Part shown: positions 29,101 to 39,506 of the stretch, one piece after another | Layout of the letters: each line of letters opens with the position of its first letter | Numbering within the stretch: the first letter of the stretch is position 1 | Origin: Babesia bigemina | Taxonomy: Eukaryota | DNA length: 47,775 bases | Reading direction: 5' to 3' | Assembly (NCBI RefSeq): GCF_000981445.1 | Contig: NW_012237294.1 | Location: 1-47,775, forward strand | Program-made: the position numbers and the translations under genes | The notes under the pieces: generated by a model | Database searches by the model: none | What the model was told of the DNA's origin: nothing | Seen by the model: only the letters and a program-made list of their open reading frames with translations

Positions 29101-32100
29101 ATGATTTCTTTAAACCATCCTAATAACTTGTGCCTTGTCACCCTTCACTTCCCTTCTACCACCGCTTGCCACTGCCCTGACCATGTGCCGCCTAGGGAGC
29201 TTGGCAAGAAATTTGACAAATTTGATAACCTCAAAAATACCTCAAATAACAACCCTACTAACATCCTTAATAACCTTTGTACTGGTCTTGAGACTTTCCT
29301 CGGCTTCAATCCATCTTCCAAAGGCTACGACGGCACTGGGATTGTCTACTCTGACCTGGATAGGCTATGTGACGGGGTGATGGGATTTTTGTATCAGGTG
29401 CTTAAGGATGTCAGCGAGAAACAGCCTTACAATGTGGGTAAAAATACATTAAATTCGGTAAGCAGCGTAATTAACAAACATCTTTGCTCAGGGCACGATG
29501 GTTTCACTAAGCTTCTTCCCAGCCTGACTAAACACATCGAGAAGTACAACAAAGAGGTGAGAGAGTCTAATAAAGCAGTGTCAAATCCCATTAATGAGTT
29601 AATAAAATACGTCAAAGATCGAGGTGAGTTGCTTGGTAGTATTAATAAGTATCAGGTGACGGACAACATTGAGCAAGACGTACTTGACGCGGCGGAGAAG
29701 ACCATGGCAGAGAAATTGAAGGAGTGTCAGAAAAAAGCAGAAACGTTAAACTCAGTGTTTAATCTTAGTACACAAACAGATATGAAAAATGCTATTAGTT
29801 ATCTTAATTCCACATTAAGTGAACGTGTACGTGTAGCGTTGAGGGCGGTGAGCCATGAGACGGAGAGGCTTAAGACCATGTCAGGTAAGGAACGTAAGGA
29901 CCTTGATGGTTTGCAGGAAAAGATAAAAAGTGTACTGAGTGCACTTGGAAATTGCGTCAACGAGAAGATACAGAAAGATATTGAGAACCTGGTGAAGCAG
30001 CTCAAGGAAGGAGTCAACACTATTTTGAAGCACCTGAAAGATATCGATGGCCAATTAAGGGAGCACGTGCAGAAACTTGAAGAGTGGATGGAGAGCGCCA
30101 AAAAAGAGATCGATAGAATAAGGAACGAGGATGTTAAGAAGATACTTGACGAGACGACTGACGGAATCACGGGCACGACGTATCTGATCAAAGATGATGC
30201 GAAGAAAGTTAAGGATTGGGAAAAGAAGTTGAGTGAAGAGATTGCACGTGTGAAAGGAGAGCTTGCAAAGTTGGTGCAGGAAGCGCTAAGAAAGGTAAAA
30301 TCCATGGACGAGGCGCTTAAAGGGGATTTGTGGAAGGTGAAGGATGCTGTTAATAAGCAGGTGACGGGGATTAAGGAGGCGATTGGGAAGTTGTACGATG
30401 TGGTTGAGAGCGGAGATGCGCACGCTACGAGTACTAAAGCAGATGGGATGCTGTCGAATGTGATCGGATCAATTCGAAGTAAGGTCGCACAAATGAAAAC
30501 AGATGTTGGCGAGAATGGCAAAAATTCCGACCAAAAAACAGGTATATTCAAGCCATGGGATGAGTTGAAAAACAAACTAAATGAGCTTGTGAGCAATATT
30601 TATTTTAAGAAAGGAACAAAAGGAAATCTGTACGAAGTTGAACGAAACATTACAGAGTACGCTAAGGACTTTGTCAGTGAGGCATTGAAAAACAAAGTTC
30701 TTAAAACGTGGATGGACGTAGTTTTAGGAGACCATGGTACTGCGCATCAGTACATTAATCTATACGTGGAAGATAACACGGGTAAGGGTTATTTTAAGGA
30801 TGAAGGGAATCTCAAGCAGAACGTTGAAAAGACCATTAGGAAGGTTTTTGACTCAAAGCTCAAGGCAGTTCTTTCCAAGGTACCCGCAGTGGAGAATCCT
30901 GAATCCTCCAATCTCGTTACTAATCTGGGCAATATTAAGAGGTGTCTCAGAACGTTATGGGAACATTTAAAGGGTGGTATGAAAACTAGTGATTTAACAA
31001 GCTCAAAAATTGTTACCGAAATTATTGGGCAATATGCAGCTGATGGGTTAGTAGAATCGACAAATAATCATACAAAAACGCATCTATATTCCGCAGTTAA
31101 ATATATCGTCAGCGGTATAGCCGATATGGCCGAGCAAGCTGAGACTGAAATTCTGTGGCTCGTCAAAGACAGCACTGTAGTTAAACAACCAAGAAACAAT
31201 TCAAGCATAGCAGCTAATATAGATGCGTCTATCAAACGAATCGATGATTTCGTCACACAATTTAACGGCAATCCGGGCCATGGAGGCTTGGGAAACAAAA
31301 TGGAAGAGGCGTTGTACACCGTGAAACACCGCATACAAAAGTTGCATCAACATCTATCAACTGCGGTAGAGACATCCGGAGAGGGCACCGCCGCCGCCGT
31401 CGACTCCGCGATCACGGGGGTGACTAGCAAGCTGGAGGAGCAGTTGCCGAAAGAACAAAATAATAAATTAGGTACTCATGTCAAACTTGGTGAAGGTCCC
31501 AACATGTTTGATGGTTATAAAGAGTACGTGAAACAAGACACATCTATCTTACAAAAACAGAAGCTTGACGGCACCTCCGCTGAAGGCTCCCTCCCCGCTG
31601 CGATCGGTGATATTGGATCAGCAGCTTCAGACATTTATATCACTCACATCACATCGGGACTCACTGCTCTGTCTGAAAAAATCAAGCAAGATCTTGATAC
31701 CATCACCAAAGCAATAACTACGACTACCAAAAACGTTCAATCTAAATTGGACGATTTCAAAAACAAGAAGCTCGGCAACGCCGCCCATAGCAAACCAGCA
31801 CAGAAAGATACTCTCCAAGAACTGCATTGTAAATTTCTCGACCTTCACAAATATTTCGAAAGTAAGGCCCTCAAAACCGCTGAAGCATTCGCTGCGTACG
31901 CCGACAGATCCGGCAAAAACATCATCGATCCCCTTAAGCAACACGTAAACAATGAGGTCAAAAAGGCTCAAGATAGCATCATTTCCGAAGCCAAAAAAAA
32001 CTACATCTCCTCCATTCAGTCGCTGCTCCAGCGATTTGCGTCCAAGGTTCACAGCGAGCTGGAAGCGTTGCCCAAATCCATTGAAGACGATTTGACGCTT

Positions 32101-34704
32101 GGCTTCAAGGGCTTCATGGTGAAGTTCGAGATGAGTTTCATTACCAACGAAAAGTCAATTAAAGGTATTAAAGACATTGAAACTACAAGTCCACAGAAAG
32201 AATCTCCACTGCGACAGGCGGCAACAAAATTCTTCGGAAGCGTCAACAGATTCCTACATGGTTTAGAGACACAGCCGGACTTCAAAACGGACTATGAAAA
32301 AATTAAGCCAACACGTGAGGCGCTGGCTAAGTTGTTCGGAGGCCTTGTCACTTCCGAGTACTTCGATCACGAGTTTTCTAGGAATTTATCGGCGCTGAAG
32401 GTGACGCTCAGTGAATTAAAGCCCGCTATCTATGGCGAAGCTAAGTGTCCGTTGCTACTGAATGCTTTGAAGAACGGTCTATCCTTCCTTGTTGACACGT
32501 TGGACAAGACTTACATCTCCGCCTACGACAGTGAGACGTTTTCCGATGATTTAGTTAAAGGCGACAACACATTGACTAAATATGGCAAGTATTACGCCAA
32601 GGTATTCCTTACTGCATTGCGGACTCTCGACGTATCGTTGTATGGGTTGAAGCATGAGTGCAAGAGTCTGACGGGACAAAAAATCAATTCATCCACCGAT
32701 CTCGGAAGATTGTTCGTGCGCCACGGCTTTAAGGTTGCGGAAGAAAATAAAGAACACTGGGAGCTGCAAAACAGAACAGTCATCAGCGGGGCGTACGTTT
32801 CCAACAGAATTAACTATAGGGTCAGCGGCGCGAAAGGGAATGAGCATCTTAAACAGTGCGAATCAAAGAAACGCAATGATGATCACTTCAATGTGTTTGA
32901 TATGATTAGATGCCTAGTAACTCACGTCAAGCAGTACTTCGAAGTTTGCCACTATTCCACTTCCACAGCGAAGAGACAACCATGCTCCGTATATGAGATG
33001 CTCATATGGCTCTCGGGTCTTCCACATAACAAAGTGTATGATGCGTTGTTAACTGACGGTCTCAGTGCACCGTTTGAAGATCCAGACAAGCAGACGAAGG
33101 AGGTGGACGGTGATGCTGACTTCACTGTATCTGACCTGCAAGAGTCGCATCTAGATGCGTACCCTAAACAAATCACGTATAAGAGCGTCGCTAAAGTCTT
33201 GGACCATGTATGCTCAGCGTCGTATGACGTCTTGACAACTATTGCTGGGACCGGTAACGTACTAACAACCTACGCAGTAGATTACTGCACCAACTCACAT
33301 GGCCTCTATTACCCGTCCACAGGAGAAGACTGCCTTCATACTGTGCTTGACATCCTCCGCCGGCTGTTACCGCAACTCAGATACTTGTTCAACCGTTGTA
33401 ATGTGAAAGCTGAAAACTACGGCTGGCGTGACTGCCGTTACGGTAGTGCCGTTGACTTCTCAACTTGGCAATGTAACGACCACTCAAGCGACGAATCAAA
33501 CACCAAACCAAATGACCAACCAAACAGCGAACCAAATAGCGAACCAAATTGCCGACCAACGTCTCCATTAATGTCGTATCTAAACGACTGCCTTCCTGGC
33601 CACCTACCTCATAGGCTCACATCGATAGGATGTAAGTCTGAGTGCAAGACATGCCCTGGTAGTAAACCCGGAATGCCATGTCTGACTCCATTAGGTTTCA
33701 GAGCATTTTCCGGATCAACTAAGACGGGTATAAGTATATATGAAACACTTTGGCTTTTCTTTGGTAACGGTCTAATTTCATCGCTGTTTTGCCTTGTACC
33801 TACTCCGCCTAGGACACTGCCAGAGCATTTCCAGTTTGCGTTGTGCTTAGGTAGGAGTTTGAATGGAGATGTTAATCATTCAATCAAAAATGTATTCGAA
33901 TCGTCCATAGACGACTTGTCTATTAAACTCTATGATCCGGCGACCAAATTCACTGATGCACTTCGTGATGTTTATGGTAACAACCATAACCACAAAAGTG
34001 CAAGGCCTGCCGATTTGTCGAGTCTGTCAACAACAACATCATGCGTACACCCTAAGAGGGAAAGCATTTATTGTTCTCCATACCTCGCGGCGCAATGCCA
34101 GGATTACTATTCGTATCTTGCGAGTAAATATGCCAATGTATACCTTTCATGGGCTCTTTACCTCCCGTGGGCATTGTTCAAATATCTCCAGAGCCTACTT
34201 CAAGATTTCCGCAATATATCGTGCCGTGATTCCGGATGCCATGGATGCACGCAAACCGAAATTTGTAAAGGTGGGCAGCATGGTGTCGACTACAACTGCA
34301 GATGCTACAGCGTTGTAAAATGTCGAGGCGTAGCAAGCATATTCTACAGTTATGGATTCGCATTTGGCGATTCAAAACAATTACTGGAAGCAGACGAACA
34401 AAGACGATATTGCTACCATTTCTACAATCAGCTGCAGAACGTCCTTAAATCCAAATATTTTGAAACGCTATTCACGGAATGCGACAACTTCCTGTTCACC
34501 ATCAGACAGCCGTTTATATGGCTCAACGTCGCGCTCTGGTCACTCTCCCTATTCTACCTCATTTGCGTCATGGTTGGCAGACTGGATGTGCTCCATATCA
34601 AATCACATCTGAGGATACCGTCGTCGCACAAGATAACGGCGCAATCGCTGTTGGCTGCAGCGCAAGTCGGAAGGCTTGCCAAGATATCGTATCTACAACC
34701 GTAG
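29101..34704 (+). CDS. ves: ves/VESA-like variant surface antigen (gene 6), tail AQVGRLAKISYLQP; only copy with leader ATG in frame
   Basis: 1867-codon ORF from a true ATG (MISLNHPNNLCLVTLHFP...) with all family motifs. Confidence 0.9.
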   Translation: MISLNHPNNLCLVTLHFPSTTACHCPDHVPPRELGKKFDKFDNLKNTSNNNPTNILNNLCTGLETFLGFNPSSKGYDGTGIVYSDLDRLCDGVMGFLYQVLKDVSEKQPYNVGKNTLNSVSSVINKHLCSGHDGFTKLLPSLTKHIEKYNKEVRESNKAVSNPINELIKYVKDRGELLGSINKYQVTDNIEQDVLDAAEKTMAEKLKECQKKAETLNSVFNLSTQTDMKNAISYLNSTLSERVRVALRAVSHETERLKTMSGKERKDLDGLQEKIKSVLSALGNCVNEKIQKDIENLVKQLKEGVNTILKHLKDIDGQLREHVQKLEEWMESAKKEIDRIRNEDVKKILDETTDGITGTTYLIKDDAKKVKDWEKKLSEEIARVKGELAKLVQEALRKVKSMDEALKGDLWKVKDAVNKQVTGIKEAIGKLYDVVESGDAHATSTKADGMLSNVIGSIRSKVAQMKTDVGENGKNSDQKTGIFKPWDELKNKLNELVSNIYFKKGTKGNLYEVERNITEYAKDFVSEALKNKVLKTWMDVVLGDHGTAHQYINLYVEDNTGKGYFKDEGNLKQNVEKTIRKVFDSKLKAVLSKVPAVENPESSNLVTNLGNIKRCLRTLWEHLKGGMKTSDLTSSKIVTEIIGQYAADGLVESTNNHTKTHLYSAVKYIVSGIADMAEQAETEILWLVKDSTVVKQPRNNSSIAANIDASIKRIDDFVTQFNGNPGHGGLGNKMEEALYTVKHRIQKLHQHLSTAVETSGEGTAAAVDSAITGVTSKLEEQLPKEQNNKLGTHVKLGEGPNMFDGYKEYVKQDTSILQKQKLDGTSAEGSLPAAIGDIGSAASDIYITHITSGLTALSEKIKQDLDTITKAITTTTKNVQSKLDDFKNKKLGNAAHSKPAQKDTLQELHCKFLDLHKYFESKALKTAEAFAAYADRSGKNIIDPLKQHVNNEVKKAQDSIISEAKKNYISSIQSLLQRFASKVHSELEALPKSIEDDLTLGFKGFMVKFEMSFITNEKSIKGIKDIETTSPQKESPLRQAATKFFGSVNRFLHGLETQPDFKTDYEKIKPTREALAKLFGGLVTSEYFDHEFSRNLSALKVTLSELKPAIYGEAKCPLLLNALKNGLSFLVDTLDKTYISAYDSETFSDDLVKGDNTLTKYGKYYAKVFLTALRTLDVSLYGLKHECKSLTGQKINSSTDLGRLFVRHGFKVAEENKEHWELQNRTVISGAYVSNRINYRVSGAKGNEHLKQCESKKRNDDHFNVFDMIRCLVTHVKQYFEVCHYSTSTAKRQPCSVYEMLIWLSGLPHNKVYDALLTDGLSAPFEDPDKQTKEVDGDADFTVSDLQESHLDAYPKQITYKSVAKVLDHVCSASYDVLTTIAGTGNVLTTYAVDYCTNSHGLYYPSTGEDCLHTVLDILRRLLPQLRYLFNRCNVKAENYGWRDCRYGSAVDFSTWQCNDHSSDESNTKPNDQPNSEPNSEPNCRPTSPLMSYLNDCLPGHLPHRLTSIGCKSECKTCPGSKPGMPCLTPLGFRAFSGSTKTGISIYETLWLFFGNGLISSLFCLVPTPPRTLPEHFQFALCLGRSLNGDVNHSIKNVFESSIDDLSIKLYDPATKFTDALRDVYGNNHNHKSARPADLSSLSTTTSCVHPKRESIYCSPYLAAQCQDYYSYLASKYANVYLSWALYLPWALFKYLQSLLQDFRNISCRDSGCHGCTQTEICKGGQHGVDYNCRCYSVVKCRGVASIFYSYGFAFGDSKQLLEADEQRRYCYHFYNQLQNVLKSKYFETLFTECDNFLFTIRQPFIWLNVALWSLSLFYLICVMVGRLDVLHIKSHLRIPSSHKITAQSLLAAAQVGRLAKISYLQP

Positions 34705-34856
34705 TTGTATTCACATTTGTAATTCACAACAACTCACGTAACTACTCACTTAGCGAATCACCTACTCACCTAACCGACAAACGTAGTCTAATGTCTCGAA
34801 TTACTCTAGCGGCAACCTGTGAACTGGATAACGTTGAGATTAAGTGATGAGTGAAC

Positions 34857-35265
34857 GACCAGGCAACGTGTTAACCTAGCACACAGGCAACGTGCTGAGC
34901 TAGCACCCAGGCAGAGTGGTAACCTAGCACACAGGCAAAGTGTTGACCTAGCAACCAGGCAACGTGCTAAGCTGGCAACCAGGCAACGTGTTATGCCAGC
35001 AGCCAAGCAAAGTGATAAGCTGGCACACAGGCAAAGTGCTAACCTAGCACACAGGCAAAGTGATAAGCTGGCACCCAGGCAACGTGATAAGCTAGCACCC
35101 AGGCTAAGTGCTAAGCTAGCACCCAGGCAAAGTAGTAAGCTAGCACCCAGGCTAAGTGCTAAGCTAGCAACCAGGCAAAGTGTTAACCTAGCAACCAGGC
35201 AAAGTGCTAAGCTAGCACCCAGGCAAAGTGGTAAGCTAGCACCCAGGCAAAGTGCTAAGCTGGCG
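34857..35265. repeat. 24-bp minisatellite (AGGCAAAGTGCTAAGCTAGCAACC family)
   Basis: Strict 24-bp period; second array at 44868-45730. Confidence 0.95.
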
Positions 35266-35775
35266 GATGAACCGTAATTTGGTGGGTGTTGTAGCACGTT
35301 GATTGCCTGTTGCGTTGATTCACGCGTTGACTGTGAGAGGTGTCCGCGTTACCCATTGAGTCAGTGTCACGTGAGGCTGGGTGATTTGTTGCTGACGTAG
35401 GCGGTCGTGAGGGCCGCGGCGGGTGAGCTAAGTCCTGTGTTGCGAGTCACTGGCAGGGTGGCGTAATCGGCGTTGGCCTGGTTAAGTAGCGTTTATAGGC
35501 GGCAATGTAGCGATTGTTAATATCACATTTAGGCACGTAGCCGACACGCTCCGCCAGCATGGCGACGATACCGCGGCTTGTAGCACGGCGCTGCTGCACT
35601 ATGGGAGTTGAGCGCACGGGGTTCGCTGCAATTTTAATGGCGTTGCGAATAGTGAATAATTTAGAGTGACAGTTGGTGCTAGTCACATGCGTCGTGTCAT
35701 GGCAGCTGTGGTATCCTGGGCAGCGTGGGTGTCGGTGTCCCGGGCTGGGGGGATACAGGGGTGAGGGTAGGTGTT
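35266..35775 (+). promoter_or_regulatory. Conserved non-repetitive spacer, candidate promoter/5' region of small Cys-rich gene
   Basis: Colinear and highly similar to 45726-46216; same position between 24-bp and 76-bp arrays; no shared ORF. Confidence 0.5.
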
Positions 35776-35778
35776 GAT

Positions 35779-36400
35779 GAGGGGACTGGGAGCGGCAGTG
35801 GCACGTGTTGCAGTTGGTGAGTGCGTTGCTTAAGTGATTGATATGCTTGCAGGTTGAGGGGACTGGGAGCGGCAGTGGTAGTGTTGCAGTTGGTGAGTGC
35901 TGCTTAGGTGATTGATATGTTCGCAGGTTGAGGGTACTGGGAGCGGCAGTGGTAGTGTTGCAGTTGGTGAGTGCGTTGCTTAAGTGATTGATATGTTTGC
36001 AGGTTGAGGGGACTGGGAGCGGCAGTCTTACGTGTTGAAGTTGGTGAGTGCTGCTTGAGTGATTGATATGTCTGCAGGTTGAGGGGACTGGGAGCGGCAG
36101 TGGTAGTGTTGCAGTTGGTGAGTGCGTTGCTAGGTGATTGATATGTTCGCAGGTTGAGGGGACTGGGCGCGGCAGTGGTAGTGTTGCAGTTGGTGAGTGC
36201 GTTGTTTAGGTGATTGACATGCTTGCAGGCTGAGGGGAGTGGGAGCGGCAGTGGTAGTGTTGCAGTAGGTGAGTGCGTTGCTTGAGTGATTGATATGTTT
36301 GCAGGTTGAGGGGACTGGGAGCGGCAGTGGTACGTGTCGTAGTTGGTGAGTGCGTTGCTTGAGTGATTGATATGTTTGCAGGTTGAGGGGACTGGGAGCG
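35779..36400 (+). repeat. ~76-bp tandem repeat (8 full units + partial), each with a GTGAGT...YAG intron-like segment
   Basis: gaggggactggg anchors at 35779, 35856, 35930, 36006, 36081, 36156, 36232, 36308, 36385. Confidence 0.9.
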
Positions 36401-36410
36401 GAGCGGCAAG

Positions 36411-36977
36411 ATGGGTTATGGTGACCGATGTATATGTCTTACGAATTGTGTGTATCCTGATTGTGTCTGTTGTGCTTGGTGTTGTGACGAATGTAGAAAA
36501 TACATGTCTAGCGATTGCAAGGTATGTGCGTCATATTACTATTTCCGTACTAGAGGGTCGAGTTCTTACGATTGCAGCAAATTTAAATGTAAGAAACAAT
36601 GTAAAGGCAACGAGGGTAAATGTCAATGTGATTGTAAATGTTGTGAAAAAAAACGTGAAGCGGAACGTGAAAAGCTTGCCGCCTCCCAGTCTCTCCCCGG
36701 TCCACACTCTCCCCCTGATTCCTCCAGTCTTGAGTCTGAGTCCGTCAGTCGAGCTCAATCGTCCGATCTTCCCACTGTGCAGCCGTATACTGGCGTCCAT
36801 GATACAGAAAACTCCACCACATTCACCCCGGACCCCCAAGCCATCGCCGCCGTCATCGTTGCTATCATCGTCGCCATCATCCTGCTCGACCTGTGCATCT
36901 TCCGCTTTCCGGTGGGCCGCAACATCCGCGATTTCCTCGTCCGCAAGATACCCTTCTGCATCGCGTTCTACAGCTGA
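36411..36977 (+). CDS. Small Cys-rich, single C-terminal TM protein A (188 aa), unknown function
   Basis: ATG start; 19 Cys in the first 78 aa; S/P/T linker; TM AIAAVIVAIIVAIILLDLCIF; paralog with the same Cys spacing at 46451. Confidence 0.8.
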   Translation: MGYGDRCICLTNCVYPDCVCCAWCCDECRKYMSSDCKVCASYYYFRTRGSSSYDCSKFKCKKQCKGNEGKCQCDCKCCEKKREAEREKLAASQSLPGPHSPPDSSSLESESVSRAQSSDLPTVQPYTGVHDTENSTTFTPDPQAIAAVIVAIIVAIILLDLCIFRFPVGRNIRDFLVRKIPFCIAFYS

Positions 36978-37115
36978 ACTTAGCGACATGTTAGCGCATA
37001 AATTGTTCATCCAAATTCCACTGGCCACCTAACTGGCAACTAAGATCTAATGTTGTAGACAAAGTAACGATTGCGTTGATGATCAATTACATGAGCAGTG
37101 AGGTGACTACTTCAC

Positions 37116-37226
37116 TCTCCCTACTCCGCCATCGCCGCCGTCGCCCTCCTCCTCATCGTCATCTGCGCCATGGTCTACTTCCGCATCCGGCCGTTCCACA
37201 GGGTGAGGTATCTACTGCGCAGCTAA
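37116..37226 (+). pseudogene. Orphan TM+tail fragment of the small Cys-rich gene B type
   Basis: SPYSAIAAVALLLIVICAMVYFRIRPFHRVRYLLRS* versus ..VALIIVVICVMVYFRIRPFHRVRYLLRS* at the end of 46451-46903. Confidence 0.85.
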
Positions 37227-37313
37227 TCACAATGAAGCAACTGGCAACTGACATCTAATGTGCTAGACAGTAATGATTGCGTTGATGACTAATTACATGA
37301 GCAGTGAGGTGAC

Positions 37314-37478
37314 TACTTCCTCTCCTCCCTACTCCTCCACATCATGGTCATCCGCCTCGACCTGCTCCACATCAAATCGCATCTACATAGTCCCTCATCA
37401 CATCGTATCGCCGCGCAATCACTACTTGCTGCTGCACGTGTTAACAAGCTTAACAGAGTGTTTTATCTGCAACCATAA
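37314..37478 (+). pseudogene. Orphan ves TM/tail fragment (ARVNKLNRVFYLQP class) with its 3' flank
   Basis: LLHIMVIRLDLLHIKSHLHSPSSHRIAAQSLLAAARVNKLNRVFYLQP* followed by the standard ves 3' flank. Confidence 0.9.
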
Positions 37479-37595
37479 TCGTACTCACGTGTTTACTATC
37501 TTCACTCACCTAGCATCACCTACTCACCTATACAACTAATTGTTGTCTAATGTTTTGAATTACTAATTAATCGTTGTGTGTGATTGTGTAATTGT

Positions 37596-38025
37596 TAACT
37601 AAAGTGTTGACCAATGTGCTGAGCAATGCGATGACCAAGGTGCTGACCAATGTGCTGACCAAAGTGGTGACCAAGGTGCTGACCAAAGTGGTGACCAATG
37701 CCACGACCAAAGTGGTGACCAATGCCACGACCAACGTGGTGACCAATGTGCTGACCTACCACCTGACCAACGTGGTGACCCAAGTGCTGACCAATGCCAT
37801 AACCAAAGTGCTGACCAACGTGCTGACCAAGGTGCTGACCAATGTGTTGACCAATGCCATGACCAACGTGTTGACCAATGTGCTGACCAATGTGTTGACC
37901 AATGTGGTGACCAATGTGCTGACCAAAGTGGTGACCAAGGTGCTGACCAAAGTGGTGACCAATGCCACGACCAAAGTGGTGACCAATGCCATAACCAAAG
38001 TGGTGACCAAACACCTGACCAAGTT
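37596..38025. repeat. 12-bp minisatellite
   Basis: GTGCTGACCAAN family. Confidence 0.95.
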
Positions 38026-38026
38026 A

Positions 38027-38070
38027 GTGGTTACGGCAGCGATGACATGGTCACGGCAGCGATGACATGG
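38027..38070. repeat. 20-bp minisatellite (2 copies)
   Basis: t(t/c)acggcagcgatgacatgg x2. Confidence 0.85.
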
Positions 38071-38090
38071 TGACCAAGTGATGATTATTA

Positions 38091-39393
38091 TCCACTCTAC
38101 ATCGCCCCTTATCCACTCTACATCGCCACTTTATCCACTTTACATCGCCACTTTATCCACTCCACATCGCCCCTTAACCCACTCTACATCGCCCCTTTAT
38201 CCACTCTACATCGCTCCCTTATCCACTCCACATCGCCCCTTATCCACTCTACATCGCCCCTTTATCCACTCCACATCGCCCCTTTATCCACTCTACATCG
38301 CCCCTTTATCCACTCTACATCGCCCCTTTACACACTCCACATCGCTCCCTAACCCACTCTACATCGCCCCTTTACCCACTCCACATCGCCCTTTTATCCA
38401 CTTTACATCGCCACTTTATCCACTCTACATCGCTCCCTAACCCACTCTACATCGCTCCTTTACCCACTCCACATCGCCCCTTAACCCACTCTACATCGCC
38501 CCTTTATCCACTCTACATCGCCCCTTTACACACTCCACATCGCTCCCTAACCCACTCTACATCGCCCCTTTACCCACTCCACATCGCCCTTTTATCCACT
38601 CTACATCGCCCCTTTACCCACTCTACATCGCCCCTTTATCCACTCTACATCGCTCCTTCATCCACTCTACATCGCCCCTTTACCCACTCTCCATCGCTCC
38701 CTAACCCACTCTACATCGCTCCCTAACCCACTCCACATCGCCCCTTTATCCACTCTACATCGCCCCTTTACACACTCCACATCGCTCCCTAACCCACTCT
38801 ACATCGCCCCTTTACCCACTCCACATCGCCCTTTTATCCACTCTACATCGCCCCTTTACCCACTCTACATCGCCCCTTTATCCACTCTACATCGCTCCTT
38901 CATCCACTCTACATCGCCCCTTTACCCACTCTCCATCGCTCCCTAACCCACTCTACATCGCTCCCTAACCCACTCTACATCGCCCCTTTACCCACTCCAC
39001 ATCGCTCCTTTATCCACTCTGCATCGCCCCTTTATCCACTCTACATCGCTCCTAATCCACTACACATCGCTCCCTAATCCACCTTACATCGCTCCCTTAC
39101 CCACTCTACATCGCCCCTTTATCCACTCTACATCGCCCCTTTACCCACTCCACATCGCTCCTTTATCCACTCTACATCGCCCCTTTACCCACTCTACATC
39201 GCTCCCTAACCCACTCTACATCGCCCCTTATGCACTCTACATCGCCCCTTATGCACTCTACATCGCTCCCTAACCCACTCTACATCGCCCCTTTACCCAC
39301 TCTCCATCGCCCCTTTACCCACTCTACATCGCTCCCTAATCCACTCTACATCGCCCCTTATTCACTCCACATCGCTCCCTAACCCACTCTACA
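38091..39393. repeat. C-rich 21-22-bp minisatellite, longest array (~1.3 kb)
   Basis: Tandem ccactctacatcgc units with internal higher-order duplication. Confidence 0.95.
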
Positions 39394-39506
39394 TCCCTCG
39401 AATTACCTCGCCATAATACCGCTATGACCTTTATAAACCATCCTAATAACTTGTCTCTTGTCACCCTTCACTTCCCTCTTCCACCTCTTGCCACTGCCCT
39501 GACCAT

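Noticed and set aside
29799..30596. 265-aa antisense ORF and other short ORFs overlapping the ves genes
   Set aside because: Shadow frames of the long + strand ORFs, not conserved between paralogs
36367..37032. 221-aa + strand ORF and 165-aa minus-strand ORF overlapping small gene A
   Set aside because: The 221-aa ORF starts at TTG; only the 36411 frame has a motif-conserved paralog and coherent domain architecture
778..37478. Retrotransposition as the cause of 5'-truncated, 3'-intact copies
   Set aside because: No poly(A) tracts, target-site duplications or reverse transcriptase seen; copies carry downstream genomic satellites, favouring DNA recombination
38078..38440. HSTSPL/YPLYIAP repeat ORF in the 21-bp array
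   Set aside because: Frequent +/-1 unit-length changes shift the frame; not preserved in other arrays
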